Assembly (NCBI GenBank): GCA_030141605.1
Contig: JAQGDQ010000813.1
Location: 29,019-93,018, forward strand
Reading direction: 5' to 3'
Source of the DNA: Tubiluchus corallicola
Taxonomy: Eukaryota > Animalia > Priapulida
Length of the DNA stretch: 64,000 nucleotides
Part shown: in pieces, positions 33,801-43,088 of the stretch
Layout: each line of letters begins with the position of its first letter
Position numbering within the stretch: the stretch's first letter is position 1
Made by a program: the position numbers and the translations under genes
The notes under the pieces: generated by a model
Database searches by the model: none
What the model saw: only the letters and a program-made list of their open reading frames with translations
Told to the model about the DNA's origin: nothing

Positions 33801-34807
33801 TTGCTGCGAATGATCTTAGCTCACCTTTTGTTGATTCATTTAAACTGTTTTAATATACAAAAGCAGACATTCTGTTTGAAACTAGAATACAGTAAATCTA
33901 TAATTGTTTATTTGTAAAGCAACTTTCAGGCTTCCTTTAATGTGTAATTCATTTTCATTTTGAGAATTTAATGAATGCCTACATTTTTAATTTTTAGGCA
34001 TTGTTTACCAGTGCACGACGAGAGGTGTACAGCAATGGTACTCTCATTGTGCATAAGGTGATGAAAGCAGATGATGGTAAATACACCTGTAAGGTGTCTA
34101 ATCAACACACCTCAGCTCTTGCATCTACGTTTGTTAATGTTAGAAGTAAGTAATTTTCTACACAATTTACTTCCACCTTATGTGAAACACTTCACTTTTA
34201 ACAATGAGGAATTAACTCACTACTAGGTCTGTTTATTACTCTCAGCCACCTACACATAATTTGGTGACACAAAATATTTGAAGAAAATTTTTGCATGGGC
34301 AACAGTTTCAGCATGAGAAGGCTTTAGTGACACTGTTACTCAGACAATTTGTAGTGATTCCTTGTAGCATAGAAGTGAACACTTTCAGTATGAATAGGCT
34401 TTGGTGACAATGCTGCTCAAAGAATCTATAGTGATTCCATTGAAGTGGAAGATCTCAGAAAGAACAGACTGCATTGCCAATGTTACTGAGAAACTATGCT
34501 ACTGATTCCTTATACTGCTGAAGTGAACAGTTTCTGTGTTCATAACATTAATGTTCAGAGGAGAGGTTATTCCTTCTGGCATTGAAGTAAACTGTTTTAG
34601 TGTGAGTAGGTTTTAGTAACACTAGTGTTCAGAGAATGTGTGGTAATTCTTTGTTTTCTTTTTTCAGCCACGTCTGTAATGCCGGACAACTGCCGCGACA
34701 ATCCATTCTTAGCAAACTGCAAGCTCATTGTCCAAGCACGGCTGTGTGGCAACCGATATTATTCACAGTTCTGTTGCAAGTCTTGTCACGCCGCTGGCAT
34801 GCTGTAG
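646..34807 (+). CDS. Ppn: Papilin (lacunin/MIG-6-like) gene, 3' portion; 42 exons in window, 5' exons (TSP1/ADAMTS-spacer cassette) expected upstream of the window
   Basis: Domain order multiple Kunitz > Cys-rich FGCCPD repeat > 3 Ig > terminal PLAC (CRDNPFLANCKLIVQARLCGNRYYSQFCCKSC) is characteristic of invertebrate papilins; exons join in frame through GT-AG introns. Confidence 0.92.
1419..1623. repeat. Long inverted repeat (about 95-bp arms), probable palindromic MITE
   Basis: atatattcagaattatttcaaattctgaacaaaaacaaaaacattatg pairs with cataatgtttttgtttttgttccgaattttaaataattttgaatatat. Confidence 0.8.
1819..1908 (+). CDS. Ppn: Papilin linker exon S1 (VPPVVETKPPVKETTKMPEVTTVKELSPA)
   Basis: ttctAG acceptor, G|gtattt donor, 90 nt, T/E/P-rich. 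Confidence 0.75.
2792..2959 (+). CDS. Ppn: Papilin Kunitz exon K2 (EICQLPKEEGPCTDYVLRW...)
   Basis: Kunitz Cys pattern; ttcaaAG acceptor, G|gtagaa donor; 168 nt. Confidence 0.9.
3791..3862 (+). CDS. Ppn: Papilin linker exon S2 (EVPAEVSTATSSTVTPERELTPY)
   Basis: ttgtAG / G|gtattt, 72 nt; paralogous to S3. Confidence 0.75.
4440..4607 (+). CDS. Ppn: Papilin Kunitz exon K3 (EICRLPKVEGPCTDYVLRW...)
   Basis: Kunitz pattern, close paralog of K2; ttcaaAG / G|gtagaa; 168 nt. Confidence 0.9.
5799..5867 (+). CDS. Ppn: Papilin linker exon S3 (EVPAELSTASTVTPEREKPSPY)
   Basis: ttttAG / G|gtattt, 69 nt. Confidence 0.78.
6390..6557 (+). CDS. Ppn: Papilin Kunitz exon K4 (DVCRLPSEEGPCIDYVVRY...)
   Basis: Kunitz pattern read manually (frame not in ORF track); tataaAG / G|gtagct; 168 nt. 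Confidence 0.88.
7056..7112 (+). CDS. Ppn: Papilin linker exon S4 (VEPEPQPTVEPEVELTDY)
   Basis: tttcAG / G|gtatat, 57 nt. Confidence 0.78.
7398..7562 (+). CDS. Ppn: Papilin Kunitz exon K5 (EICMLPKEEGPCVNYVLRY...)
   Basis: Kunitz pattern FYYGGCDGNKNNF; ttttaAG / G|gtatga; 165 nt. Confidence 0.88.
8760..8819 (+). CDS. Ppn: Papilin linker exon S5 (LATEATEETTEGTEEPEVT)
   Basis: ccttAG / G|gtatat, 60 nt. Confidence 0.78.
8943..9110 (+). CDS. Ppn: Papilin Kunitz exon K6 (DICSLPKAEGSCEDYALRW...)
   Basis: Kunitz pattern FYYSGCDGNDNNF; tttaAG / G|gtagtt; 168 nt. Confidence 0.88.
9965..10024 (+). CDS. Ppn: Papilin linker exon S6 (FIFGVETTLATTEVEMSAE)
   Basis: tctgtAG / G|gtagtt, 60 nt. Confidence 0.65.
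10677..10841 (+). CDS. Ppn: Papilin Kunitz exon K7 (EICMLPMLQGPCTDYEMRF...)
   Basis: Kunitz pattern; gttaaAG / G|gtatat; 165 nt. Confidence 0.88.
11502..11564 (+). CDS. Ppn: Papilin linker exon S7 (KTTGVTIVEETTISEELDAY)
   Basis: ttgcAG / G|gtacag, 63 nt. Confidence 0.78.
11743..12169. mobile_element. hAT-like MITE, family 1
   Basis: Shares taatgaaattatgggg...cagatggagcc and ...gcc..tagggtaat...ccctg with 250-600; flanks gctgtacg/gctatacg. Confidence 0.65.
12277..12447 (+). CDS. Ppn: Papilin Kunitz exon K8 (AICRLPSVEGPCSDYVIRY...)
   Basis: Kunitz pattern; tttgaAG / G|gtattt; 171 nt. Confidence 0.88.
13095..13169 (+). CDS. Ppn: Papilin linker exon S8 (TKQPEVETKEPTEPTKAPVQPEIY)
   Basis: ttttAG / G|gtattt, 75 nt. 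Confidence 0.78.
13798..13965 (+). CDS. Ppn: Papilin Kunitz exon K9 (EICHQPKVEGPCLDYEIRY...)
   Basis: Kunitz pattern; consensus ttttAG / G|gtaagt; 168 nt. Confidence 0.92.
14290..14480 (+). mobile_element. Possible degenerate tRNA-derived SINE
   Basis: B-box-like ggttcaaacc at 14335 within gaggcccggggttcaaacctc; no second copy in window. Confidence 0.25.
14882..14938 (+). CDS. Ppn: Papilin linker exon S9 (LQETTSTVTVTTVKEEPV)
   Basis: tttcAG / G|gtatgt, 57 nt. Confidence 0.75.
15337..15504 (+). CDS. Ppn: Papilin Kunitz exon K10 (EICNAPREAGPCTDYVLRW...)
   Basis: Kunitz pattern; consensus ttttAG / G|gtaagt; 168 nt. Confidence 0.92.
16280..16396 (+). CDS. Ppn: Papilin linker exon S10 (VPEPIEPHEETTSTTEAPSTAATATSTVEEVTEELSDY)
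   Basis: ttctAG / G|gtaaga, 117 nt. Confidence 0.8.
16758..17126. mobile_element. hAT-like MITE, family 2
   Basis: Imperfect TIR caggtgcgtaacc ... tagctacagtactg, with 8-bp flanks atatccat/atgtccat. Confidence 0.55.
17342..17512 (+). CDS. Ppn: Papilin Kunitz exon K11 (EKCHQPKEAGTCSSYVLRW...)
   Basis: Kunitz pattern FYYGGCEGNSNRF; ttttaAG / A|gtatgt; 171 nt. Confidence 0.88.
17818..17992. repeat. Two-copy tandem duplication of about 89 bp
   Basis: ccctacac(t)gtaagatgtgtgtgt...attcatttatcaaaacaga.ag.gatttaaagttaatc occurs twice. Confidence 0.8.
18403..18492 (+). CDS. Ppn: Papilin linker exon S11 (PPPAKLETSTPSSTEEELVPETTEAKPKL)
   Basis: tttcAG / G|gtatat, 90 nt. Confidence 0.78.
18831..19001 (+). 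CDS. Ppn: Papilin Kunitz exon K12 (EPCQQPRDPGPCSDYELRY...)
   Basis: Kunitz pattern; ttttaAG / C|gtaggt; 171 nt. Confidence 0.87.
20328..20700. repeat. 34-bp minisatellite, about 11 copies (tactggtctgctttggtttttgcatactagaggg)
   Basis: Direct reading; period 34 (20357 to 20391). Confidence 0.95.
21101..21184 (+). CDS. Ppn: Papilin linker exon S12 (KSETETEGTTEEIATAQLPVIKKVAPH)
   Basis: atgtAG / G|gtatga, 84 nt. Confidence 0.72.
21472..21645 (+). CDS. Ppn: Papilin Kunitz exon K13 (EICLQEKETGPCEDFSLRW...)
   Basis: Kunitz pattern; tttaaAG; donor G|gtaatg at 21645 (alternative in-frame A|gtatag at 21639). Confidence 0.87.
22530..22598 (+). CDS. Ppn: Papilin linker exon S13, charged type (KSKADAKDEDKMKMEKDKKLSS)
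   Basis: long pyrimidine tract + aaAG / G|gtacgg, 69 nt, purine-rich open frame. Confidence 0.65.
22891..23058 (+). CDS. Ppn: Papilin Kunitz exon K14 (DICHQRMETGPCENYEVRY...)
   Basis: Kunitz pattern; tttaaAG / A|gtaggt (alternative G|gtacag at 23049). Confidence 0.87.
23675..23734 (+). CDS. Ppn: Papilin linker exon S14 (VLEEEQNVIEEQLSEGDSI)
   Basis: atgcAG / G|gtactg, 60 nt. Confidence 0.72.
24024..24266. mobile_element. Putative MITE with inverted ends
   Basis: agcatgttcagactatagag ... ctctctagtctgaatgcgct; internal repeated (ag)taactcg motifs. Confidence 0.45.
24557..24724 (+). CDS. Ppn: Papilin Kunitz exon K15 (DRCHLEKDAGPCPDYVIRF...)
   Basis: Kunitz pattern FWYGGCEGNANNF; ttttaAG / A|gtaggt; 168 nt. 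Confidence 0.88.
25345..25458 (+). CDS. Ppn: Putative papilin linker exon S15a (WMSDEEAVESESTAYPKKDVDSGNGIPAATRALNTSN)
   Basis: ctctcgtAG acceptor, G|gtagtg donor (alternative G|gtattc at 25419), 114 nt, GC-richer than flanks. Confidence 0.55.
25748..25816 (+). CDS. Ppn: Papilin linker exon S15b (TTEAPTTTLAATTTTIRMLTAF)
   Basis: tttcAG / G|gtaaga, 69 nt, Thr-rich. Confidence 0.78.
26298..26414. repeat. Compound (CATA)n/(CA)n/(CAGA)n microsatellite
   Basis: Direct reading. Confidence 0.9.
26581..26754 (+). CDS. Ppn: Papilin Kunitz exon K16 (EICHLDKEPGSCTDYTVRW...)
   Basis: Kunitz pattern; cttcAG / G|gtacat; 174 nt. Confidence 0.9.
27840..27940 (+). CDS. Ppn: Papilin exon, antistasin-like module (ECPKFECDLTCPYGYWYDESDCPLCSCYPDPCS)
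   Basis: C-x4-C-x3-C-PYG-x6-C-x2-C-x-C spacing typical of antistasin-like repeats; ttatAG / |gtgagt. Confidence 0.8.
28193..28283 (+). CDS. Ppn: Papilin exon, Cys-rich module (TMECASDEMCLVAEVQCIKAPCYPVATCQP)
   Basis: ttgcAG / A|gttagt; phase 0 start matches the preceding exon; read manually. Confidence 0.78.
28884..28985 (+). CDS. Ppn: Papilin exon, papilin/lagrin Cys-rich repeat (VGPPIEPDCENTPFGCCPDKMTPAEGVMFLGCP)
   Basis: CxxxxFGCCPD...GC motif characteristic of papilin/lacunin; ttgtAG / G|gttggt. Confidence 0.85.
29633..29757 (+). CDS. Ppn: Papilin Ig1, first half (…VQVQEGSDAMLPCVAIGDPTPVISWFK)
   Basis: I-set B-strand Cys and C-strand Trp; ttacAG / |gtatta. Confidence 0.87.
30248..30407 (+). 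CDS. Ppn: Papilin Ig1, second half (GTASLADDPRMVIDKNGALKVPMVTESDAGRYDCNAFNGIG...)
   Basis: DxGxYxC motif; ctgcAG / G|gtaata. Confidence 0.88.
31150..31266 (+). CDS. Ppn: Papilin Ig2, first half (…GESLELTCEAYGIPEPEVIWQK)
   Basis: I-set motif; ttgcAG / G|gtttga. Confidence 0.87.
32077..32238 (+). CDS. Ppn: Papilin Ig2, second half (…SLIIKPVELGDEGVYGCMARNGLG...)
   Basis: DxGxYxC motif; attcAG / G|gtaaaa. Confidence 0.87.
33127..33248 (+). CDS. Ppn: Papilin Ig3, first half (…GENVTLKCDASGYPPPRIDWFFADV)
   Basis: I-set motif; attcAG / |gtaagt. Confidence 0.87.
33998..34145 (+). CDS. Ppn: Papilin Ig3, second half (…NGTLIVHKVMKADDGKYTCKVSNQH...)
   Basis: DxGxYxC motif, read manually; ttttAG / A|gtaagt. 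Confidence 0.87.
34668..34807 (+). CDS. Ppn: Papilin terminal exon, PLAC domain and stop
   Basis: CRDN...NCKLIVQARLCGNRYYSQFCCKSC is the six-Cys PLAC pattern; TAG at 34805-34807. Confidence 0.92.
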
Positions 34808-35287
34808 CATATCGCAACCTGTGTAACTAATTGTAGCGTACCTGATTTTTAGCATCTGTTATTTTTTATCAGTCGTCAGAAGCTCTCTTTTTTGTCGTTA
34901 GCAAGTATTTATTTTTCCTGCCAGTGGTGTATTAAGTTCTGCATCGTTTTTGCTTTAAATTGTTCACTTGTACTAATCATGTTTTTAAAATCTCTGGTGT
35001 ACACGTTTTCACATTTTTAGCCGTTGATGAGGAGAGACATTTTTAACTGTGCATTATGCTTCTAATCTCAAATCGTTTTTAACCTTAAATTTTCGCTTTT
35101 TAATGCGTTAGTGTACGCTGTGCAACATTTTTAACTGTATTGTTATTCTATGGGTCTGTTCAGCTATATATATATATATATCTGACAGTGGCCATTGTGT
35201 GATTTTGCCTATTTTTAATACTTTTACCATCTGATTTTATTTCTGTTTTAACATTAGGTTTGGCTACTGTTTTCAATTTTGCATGAA

Positions 35288-35293
35288 ATTAAA
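35288..35293 (+). promoter_or_regulatory. Candidate polyadenylation signal (ATTAAA) for papilin
   Basis: ATTAAA about 480 nt after the stop, at the end of a U-rich stretch; unverified. Confidence 0.35.
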
Positions 35294-38200
35294 AGCTATT
35301 CATTGAAATAGCAACTGTTATGGCGCTTCTGTTTAGTGTATATGAACTGAACACACTTTTGAACTAGTTATTTTTATAATCAAAATTTTATGACCGTGAT
35401 GTATTTGAATTCTTTACTAAACCATTGGTGCTTACTAGGGTGCTAACATGGTAAATGTGTAAAGTATTTTTATAGTAATTAGACGTTGTGAGGTTCTCAA
35501 GCGCTATCTGAAAACTTGTAGTCAGATATCTTTTAAAAATAAGGCATTTTAAGATGTTAAGGCTGTCTGTATGGCAGCGAATTCAGGCTAGTGCTCAGAA
35601 TCTTGTGCTTCCTAGTGAGAATACTAGTATTTCTAAATAGCAGGAGCAAAGTTGTACCATTGCAAGGGTGTTGTATTTTACGAAAATCATGTTTTAAAAG
35701 AATCAAGCTAATGAACATTTTTAACAGTTTTTTGTAGTTTTATGAGACTAGAATGAGCATAAACTGCCGGATTGGAGACTTGAGAATCTCTTATCGAGAA
35801 TCTCTTAACGTTTTTTATGTAGCAAGTGTAAAATTTATGATGACGTCATTTATCATGTAGCCATTGTACTGTATATCGAACCTATGCACGTCTTGTTATA
35901 TTTTTATTGTAACTTGATTATGATTGTGTATTTGCTGTAATTTACTTGCGATGAAAAATCGTTGTTTACTTGCTGCCACACGAGATCTGGGCCAAGATTT
36001 GTTACCATGGCGATACAAAATACTCAAACAAATTTTGGATTCAGTCTCTCGTCGTTCATTTTCAGTACCTCGAATTTTGATTATGCCGTTGGGCTATTTT
36101 CCTAGCCTCTTCTGTCACTGTATCTAACTTAGAAATAGCGAGCATTTAACATTTGTGTATATTGACGATTTTTGTGCAATACTAGGATACCAAAGATTAG
36201 CATTTTCTACTTTTCCGATTGTTACTGCCATTTGTATACAGGGACGTAGAGGAGAGTTTAAGTTTTACGCATATTTATTAGCTTTATTTTGCCCAGCATA
36301 CCCACAGCTTACTGTAGTGCAAGTAGCTTCCTTTTTAGGAAATTAGTCTTTGCAAGACCGCTTGTTTTTTGTAATTCATTCGTTTGATATCTCAGGGAGT
36401 TAGACGAGCCAAAGTTTTCCGGTGCAACGTTTGTGAGAATTGTGCGTTTACGACAGATTTTTTGTATTCAGTATAATTTTGATGAATGTTGCCCATCTTA
36501 CCGTCAGTGTTTAAATTTTGCTGTTGCTAGAGGAATAGTTTTAGTAACGAAAACGTGTTTTTATTGATTTTTCAACCAAGCTGCTAGCTATATTCCTTGT
36601 ATGATGAAACTATTTGTATAAATATGAATATAATAATATATCTCCTCATCTCTTTATAAAAAAATGTTTGAAATATTTTTTCAGTATTCCTATATTGACA
36701 ACTTCGTGACAAAAGGCAGTTTGTTTACAAAAAAACATTACCATAACTTTTCAATATTGTACTTTGATATACATATTTTTTAATTGCACTGACTACATAC
36801 AGTATACTTGTACATAAAATATATCACACACATATGTATAATGTATAAATGCATTATAGCTTTAATCTACAAAAGAAATACACTAATAAAACACAAACGT
36901 TGTAGTATAAACAATGTGCACATGTAATAATATCATTTTTGTACAATAATAATAGTAACAAATACAATAGCAATAAATAGAAAAAGGTAAAATGCTAATG
37001 TTGTTCTTATGTGTACAGAACATTTACCCATTTACTATGGTTCATTACTTTTTGGCTTGTCAGGGGAGTACGTGAATGTTAATTTTTTTCATTTATAGAT
37101 TTAAAGCTCCATAGAATCGCATACAGTCCAAGATACCGATGCATTAAAGTTCAGTTTTCGCTGCACAGTAATATTGCATCATGTCTTTCATTTTGAAGTT
37201 CAATAAAAATTGTTGCTTGCAGCGGTTGTTGGCAGCTGTCTCCATAAAATTACTAAACCATTTACAAAAAAAATTGACGTTTCACAGCACAAGTGAAATT
37301 GAATGGAAGATTGTTTAAAAAATGATGAATATTTGCAAATGGCTTCTGATTTTTCAATAAAAATTACGCATCCGTCATGGATACAATATGCCAAAAGTTT
37401 GTTGGAAGTTTCTTTAATGACATAATGTGAACCAACAAATACTGAACAGTTTCACAAGATCAAAACATTAATTTCATACGTAGTATTTAAAAGTATTTGA
37501 GCGTTAGTCTAACGTTTAAGTGATGGATCATAATTTCGAAAAAAATAAAAAAAGATTAATGTAATCTTGTTGAGACTTGTCCTCCTGTGTGTAATGCTTT
37601 TAGTAAAATTCAGTAAATAAAAATATTATAAAAGTGAAATATAGGCTTGTATTTAAATTATAACTTCGCATATAAAAGAAAATGAAGCTGTTAGACAGTA
37701 ATACGATAAAGCAATTATTGTGATCTGAGCAATACAGATTTCATTTCCTTTTAAAGTAACAGTGAATTTCTACAGGGAAAAGTATTTTATGGAAAGAAAA
37801 TGTATATAAAATACAACTACAAAAAAAGCACTCCGTACAGCTATGAAAACCAAAATTATTCTCTAAAATACAGCGTATATAATTACGCATCAAATTTTTC
37901 ATACTAAGAATGTTTTTATGTACTTCACAAGTAACAAATAACAATTTACACGTATTTTTACAAGTATGCTAAATTACGATTCTAGAATATAAAAATTTAC
38001 ATATAGCATTTTTATTACATATAAGTATGATAATTTCAAATACTGATTTTACTATAATAAAATAATTACAATGCAAAATAATATACAAGGCCATGATGCT
38101 AGATTTGACATAACTATTAACATGCTAAAACTCTTACATAAACATGGAATGGAAACAGTTACTTCTAAAACAGACAAACATTTATCTACAACATTATAAG

Positions 38201-39154
38201 ATTAACCTGTATATAAAACTTAGAAAATAATAATAATAATAATATAAAGTTAAAAGGCAAATAGACAATTGACTACAGCAAAGTAATAATCTACAGGTCC
38301 TGTAAATAATTATCATGCGTGAAATTTTGCTTCTTACATGCAAACAAACATTTACAAACTAAACCTGCATGTTACAAAAATTTCACACTTTGGTTGGCAG
38401 GAAAAGTACAAGAGAAAATCATGCTGAACAATAAACATAGTTCAATAAACAGTAACAAACTAGTTGTTCTCATTCTGTACTGAGAATGTGTTTGTTTTAA
38501 GCGAAACACCATTAGTCCCAAAATGTCTGCCAATTACTTCATTTTTACGTTTACCCTGCAACGTATGTGCAGTAGATGTGAGCATTCTCTACCAGAAAGT
38601 GAACTCGAATCAAACCGAATTCGAATTCAGTTTTAAAGATTTTCGAATCATTAATAATAAAATGCAGTCTTGCAGGGATCATATATATATCACTTGATTT
38701 TATCTGAAGTAAAAACACTAATAACTTGTTTAAAGATTGGGCAACGAAGTCGCATTCTAATATGTGCTGATTGCATGCTGGTTCAGACATTTTAATGATA
38801 AAGAACACATGTAGTCGAAGTTGTGAATTATTCAAATCTGTTCAAGTGCTAACGTTTGATGCTCACGGCCATCAGAAATTAAAATGCAACAACATCTAAA
38901 AATATTTGCCATGTTATAACTACAATCCATACTGATAGAAATGCTAAAAAAAGAAGATGTTCATTTATTCTAGCCAAGACAAGTTTCACTTATTCTGTAG
39001 ACTTTTTCTAATGGACAAAAAACTATGAAATATAACAATAAATATACAGAATAACTTCAAGCAACATGCCATCGTACATTGACACATTAAAGAAGATGTT
39101 TTATAAATGAAATGAAATCATAAATCACATTCATAAGAAAGATGTATCAACTGC

Positions 39155-39483
39155 CTATACACATCCGTATTCATACCAGACAGAATTTGCTGGTTTCCCG
39201 CTCTCCTTGTTTGTTTCAGGATCTCCAGCACCCGTTCCGTCACCGGCCTGCGGAATGTTGGAATTGTTCCTGGTCTCGTTGCCATTGTTTTCCACACTGC
39301 GACGTATCTGATCGGTTGACTCAATGTTGTGAATGATTTGCGATGTGCTCTTGTCTCCGACCATGCCGTAACGGCGTCTGTCTAGACTGCGAACGTCGCC
39401 AGTTTGACTTTCCCGTCGGGGGTTGTTCACGTTGGAAGAGCTGCGGCTGTGCGGTCGATTGAACATGGTATCACTTTCGTAAC
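39155..39483 (-). CDS. Terminal coding exon of unidentified minus-strand gene (GYESDTMFNRPHSRSSS...PANSVWYEYGCV*)
   Basis: GC-rich open frame; acceptor tccAG on minus strand; phase 1 matches exon 40768-40992. Confidence 0.75.
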
Positions 39484-39869
39484 CTGGACATGTTATGATG
39501 ATACATTACTCATGTAAATTAGCAAAAGAAACTGAGGAAGAGGTTGCTATTGATGCATTTGTTTCAAACCTGTTTTTGTACAATCTATCAGGATTTTGCT
39601 CTGCTAGCGAAGTATATTTTTCTAGGGACAAGTTAAGTATGTTGTTGAGCTTGCAGATTAAATGTTAAGTACACATAATTTGCTTTGCCCACTAGGTTAG
39701 TATGTTTTTGGTGAACAACTGTAAAAAAACCCAGACTGCATCGCCACTTAAAATGTAACGGTCAATAAAATCTCACATTACACAACTTGCAAAAGAAATT
39801 TTACTTATAAAACACTACGACTTTTTTCAAATGCAGTTAATATTCCGGTCCAAGAATATGTAACAAAAA

Positions 39870-40542
39870 TTTGGAATGCCACATAGCAAGGTGCAATGAC
39901 ATGAGTATTTGAAATGCCACATCCCCAAGGTGGAGTGACATGAGTATTTGGAATGCCACATCCCCAAGGTGGAGTGACATGAGTATTTGGAATGCCACAT
40001 CCCCAAGGTGGAGTGACATGAGTATTTGGAATGCCACATCCCACCGTGGAGTGACATGAGTACTTGGAATGCCACATCCCCAAGGTGGAGTGACATGAGT
40101 ATTTGGAATGCCACATCCCACCGTGGAGTGACATGAGTACTTGGAATGCCACATGCCAAGGTGGAATGACATGAGTATTTGGAATGCCACATCCCAAAGT
40201 GGAGTGACATGAGTATTTGGAATGCCACGTCCCACAGTTGAGTGACATGAGTATTTGGAATGTCACATCGCAAGGTGGAGTGACATGAGTATTTGGAATG
40301 CCACATCCCAAGGTGGAGTGACATGAGTATTCGCAGTATCACATCCTAAGGTGGAGCGAAATGAATATTTGGAATGCCACATCCCAAGGTGGAGTGACAT
40401 GAGTATTTGGAATGCCACATATCAAGGTGGAGTGACATGAGTATTTGGAATGCCACATATCAAGGTGGAGTGACATGAGTATTTGGAATGCCACATATCA
40501 AGGTGGAGCGAAATGAATATTTGGAATGCCACATCCCAAAGT
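39870..40542. repeat. 38/39-bp minisatellite, about 17 copies (ggtggagtgacatgagtatttggaatgccacatcccaa)
   Basis: Direct reading; lies in the last intron of the minus-strand gene and explains ORFs in all three minus frames. Confidence 0.95.
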
Positions 40543-40767
40543 GTATTGTCGGGCAAATTATCCTAATGTCAAGACCGAACAAGGAATGAAATCATAAACA
40601 ATTAGGTTAATGTACTCATTCAAACGACGAACAGAATACACTGCACAGTAATAAAAAAGGTATAGTAGAACAAGACTTCTCTGAAAAAACTCAGATTTTG
40701 AACGTGACTGACTTCAAGAGCAACATCAAAAAACCAACTGTGATACCCATATATTTCATAAGTTTAC

Positions 40768-40992
40768 CTGTCGTATGCGGAGTAGCATGAGACACTTTTG
40801 GTGTAGAGGTCCTCACAATCATGCCTGGTTCTTCAGCTATATGCTTCAGACTGGCACCACTGAGTCGGGAACTTTTAGGTTCACTGGTTCTGTTGCTATG
40901 GCGCATCACGACGGTCGATGCGGGTTCATTCGAGTCCGTTTTCTGACTTGGGCGTCTTCCGGGCATTTCTTCAAGTGGTACATTGTCATAAT
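40768..40992 (-). CDS. Penultimate exon of the minus-strand gene (YDNVPLEEMPGRRPSQK...HATPHTT)
   Basis: Minus-strand tttcttacAG acceptor and G|gtaaac donor; 225 nt, S/T/R-rich disordered sequence. Confidence 0.75.
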
Positions 40993-41709
40993 CTGTAAGA
41001 AACCAAAGAAGAAAATTAAAAAACTGAGCAATACAGACTTTCTAATTACAGTTCTGATTCAGAAGCTGTTTAGTGTTTATTTGGTAAAAATTATTTCACT
41101 CGTCATTGGAGAACGGTTCTTGCCTGCTCTTAAGATAGTCGAATAGTTAAATTAGTTGTCCAGACATAAGATAAAAATTTTGAAACATTAGAAAATTGGA
41201 AACAGAACTAAATAGGCTGATGTTAATGAAACCAGAAACTACAGAATTGCCATGTACCACAAATGCCTTACCATAACAAAAATAAATTTCAGTTAGCAGA
41301 TCATCAGAAAACTAAAGCTAGAAGCAAGAGCCACACATCCTCACACGGCCACCTACTCACTACCCAGGTACAGCAGGAAGATGGGTCATATTTATAAATT
41401 ATAACTTTTAGATAAAGGTATACTATACAAGCAGCAACAAACCGAGAAAAGAGACTGACTGGCTAGGGGCAAAAACTAGAACAGGACCGGCAAAAATTCT
41501 GTTGGGATTCCAAAATTTTTTAGGTAATTATATTGCTGATTAAAGGGGTGATTTCAACTATTTTTACCTGGAAGAAACGATCTGCTGCATTTTTAGCTCA
41601 AAGGTAAGTGCAGCATGATGCCTGACCACAAGGCATCCTTGGTGATTATAACAATTAACATAAGTATCAAAAACGTTTATTGACCAAATGCTAAAAGATC
41701 AGAACTTAC

Positions 41710-41823
41710 AGCTGATTCTATTTGAAGCAGCATCGCTTGTTCCCAAAACATTAACAGCTTCCCTGCTCCGAGTTTTGTATGATTTCCAGTTGTCCGATGG
41801 AATGTCGCTGCTTGAAAAACTTT
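41710..41823 (-). CDS. Internal exon of the minus-strand gene (SFSSSDIPSDNWKSYKTRSREAVNVLGTSDAASNRIS)
   Basis: Minus-strand ttctttcAG acceptor and T|gtaagt donor; 114 nt; in frame with the next exon. Confidence 0.7.
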
Positions 41824-42304
41824 CTGAAAGAAAGAATTCAAAACTAAAATGATAACTGCCTAAGTCTGGCTTACAGATTCTTAAAAACATGGTTTTAATA
41901 CCATCAACTTCACAAGTGGAAATGATTGTTGAACACCGATGGTACAAATAGAAAAAATATTTTTATGTTTTAGACTTAAGACTTTACTTCAAACGTAAAG
42001 TTCATATACAGAACAAACAATAACTACACTAAATCACGCAAAACTTATAAAAAACATAAATAAAGGCATAAAAATTCAAGATTACGTTAACGATAAAAAA
42101 TAGCAAGCACGTTCGAGCCAGGACACTAAAGAACATTACACTAAAGAACATGCAAACGGTATGTAGGAAGCTTCTACAGTGATGTGGGATGTATGTGACC
42201 GCAGAAACCGAGCTGTCCGAAGGCCGAGTTTGCGAAAAATTGAGGCTAAAAGTCACGCGGGATCTCAGCATAGGTTTTTTAAAATGTAAAAAGTATTTGA
42301 TCAT

Positions 42305-42422
42305 AGGTCCCTTATATGCGAGGTAATTTACCTGGGTTTCTATTACGCGGGACCTGAAGATATTGTCCCTTATAACCGAAAGTCCCTTGAATCCGAGTAC
42401 CTTATACCCGAATTTGACTGTA
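42305..42422. mobile_element. Terminal fragment of a Tc1/mariner-pogo (Tigger-like) non-autonomous element
   Basis: Repeated gtcccttata...cga subterminal motifs ending tttgactgTA. Confidence 0.45.
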
Positions 42423-42948
42423 TGCGTTTACATACAAGTTATGAGTCACGCAAAAGCTTGTTTGAGGTTTCTTGATTTTGTTAACTGCAAACAGAACATA
42501 GATTTGAATGCCTCTAGACTGAATGTTGCATCACAAAAATTCTGCTCGCCTAATTATATATTTTGTTCTAGCCTTGTTTAGATTTTTTAGTTTCGCCTTG
42601 AGAAGATTTTTGTTACTGTTGCTTGGTATATGTTTTGCTTTAAACTGAATTTTGTTTTTGCTCTTGAGTTTGATTTTGTTGCTTTTGTGTGATATAATTT
42701 TTGCCCTTAGTTGAATCCTGTTTTGATTTGCTTGTGATAATTTCTTTTGATTTCAGTTGAATTGCGTTCGTTTTATAAAAGTGTCATCACCCTGTGAATA
42801 AACTTGTATTTTTAATAAGGGGCAGCTGACCAAGTGACCAATAGGTCTTTCGCTGCTCCTTCTCGGCTGCAATGAAATATAAAAATAATAATGATGAATT
42901 TTAACTGCTATTGAGAAAATAAAATTGAATTGAATTGAATTGTATGGC

Positions 42949-42953
42949 CACAC

Positions 42954-43008
<55 letters not shown>
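42949..43008. repeat. (CA)n microsatellite
   Basis: Direct reading. Confidence 0.95.
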
Positions 43009-43011
<3 letters not shown>

Positions 43012-43088
43012 ATTGCTAACCTGCACACTGAACAGCACTTACTTCATTTTTTGCATGAATCTAGTGTTTTTGTAGAAGCTATAGATCC

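Noticed and set aside
34270-34600. Degenerate repeat (gtgaca..g..actcag...gtgattcc...gaagtgaaca) in the last papilin intron
   Set aside because: Old decayed tandem repeat; no open frame, structure or motif that I can support.
35300-39100. Overlapping convergent 3' UTRs of papilin and the minus-strand gene
   Set aside because: Stops are about 4.3 kb apart and transcript ends cannot be determined from sequence; the short ORFs here have no coding signature.
39805-40342. Long repetitive ORFs in three minus-strand frames
   Set aside because: Produced by the 38/39-bp minisatellite in an intron; not coding.
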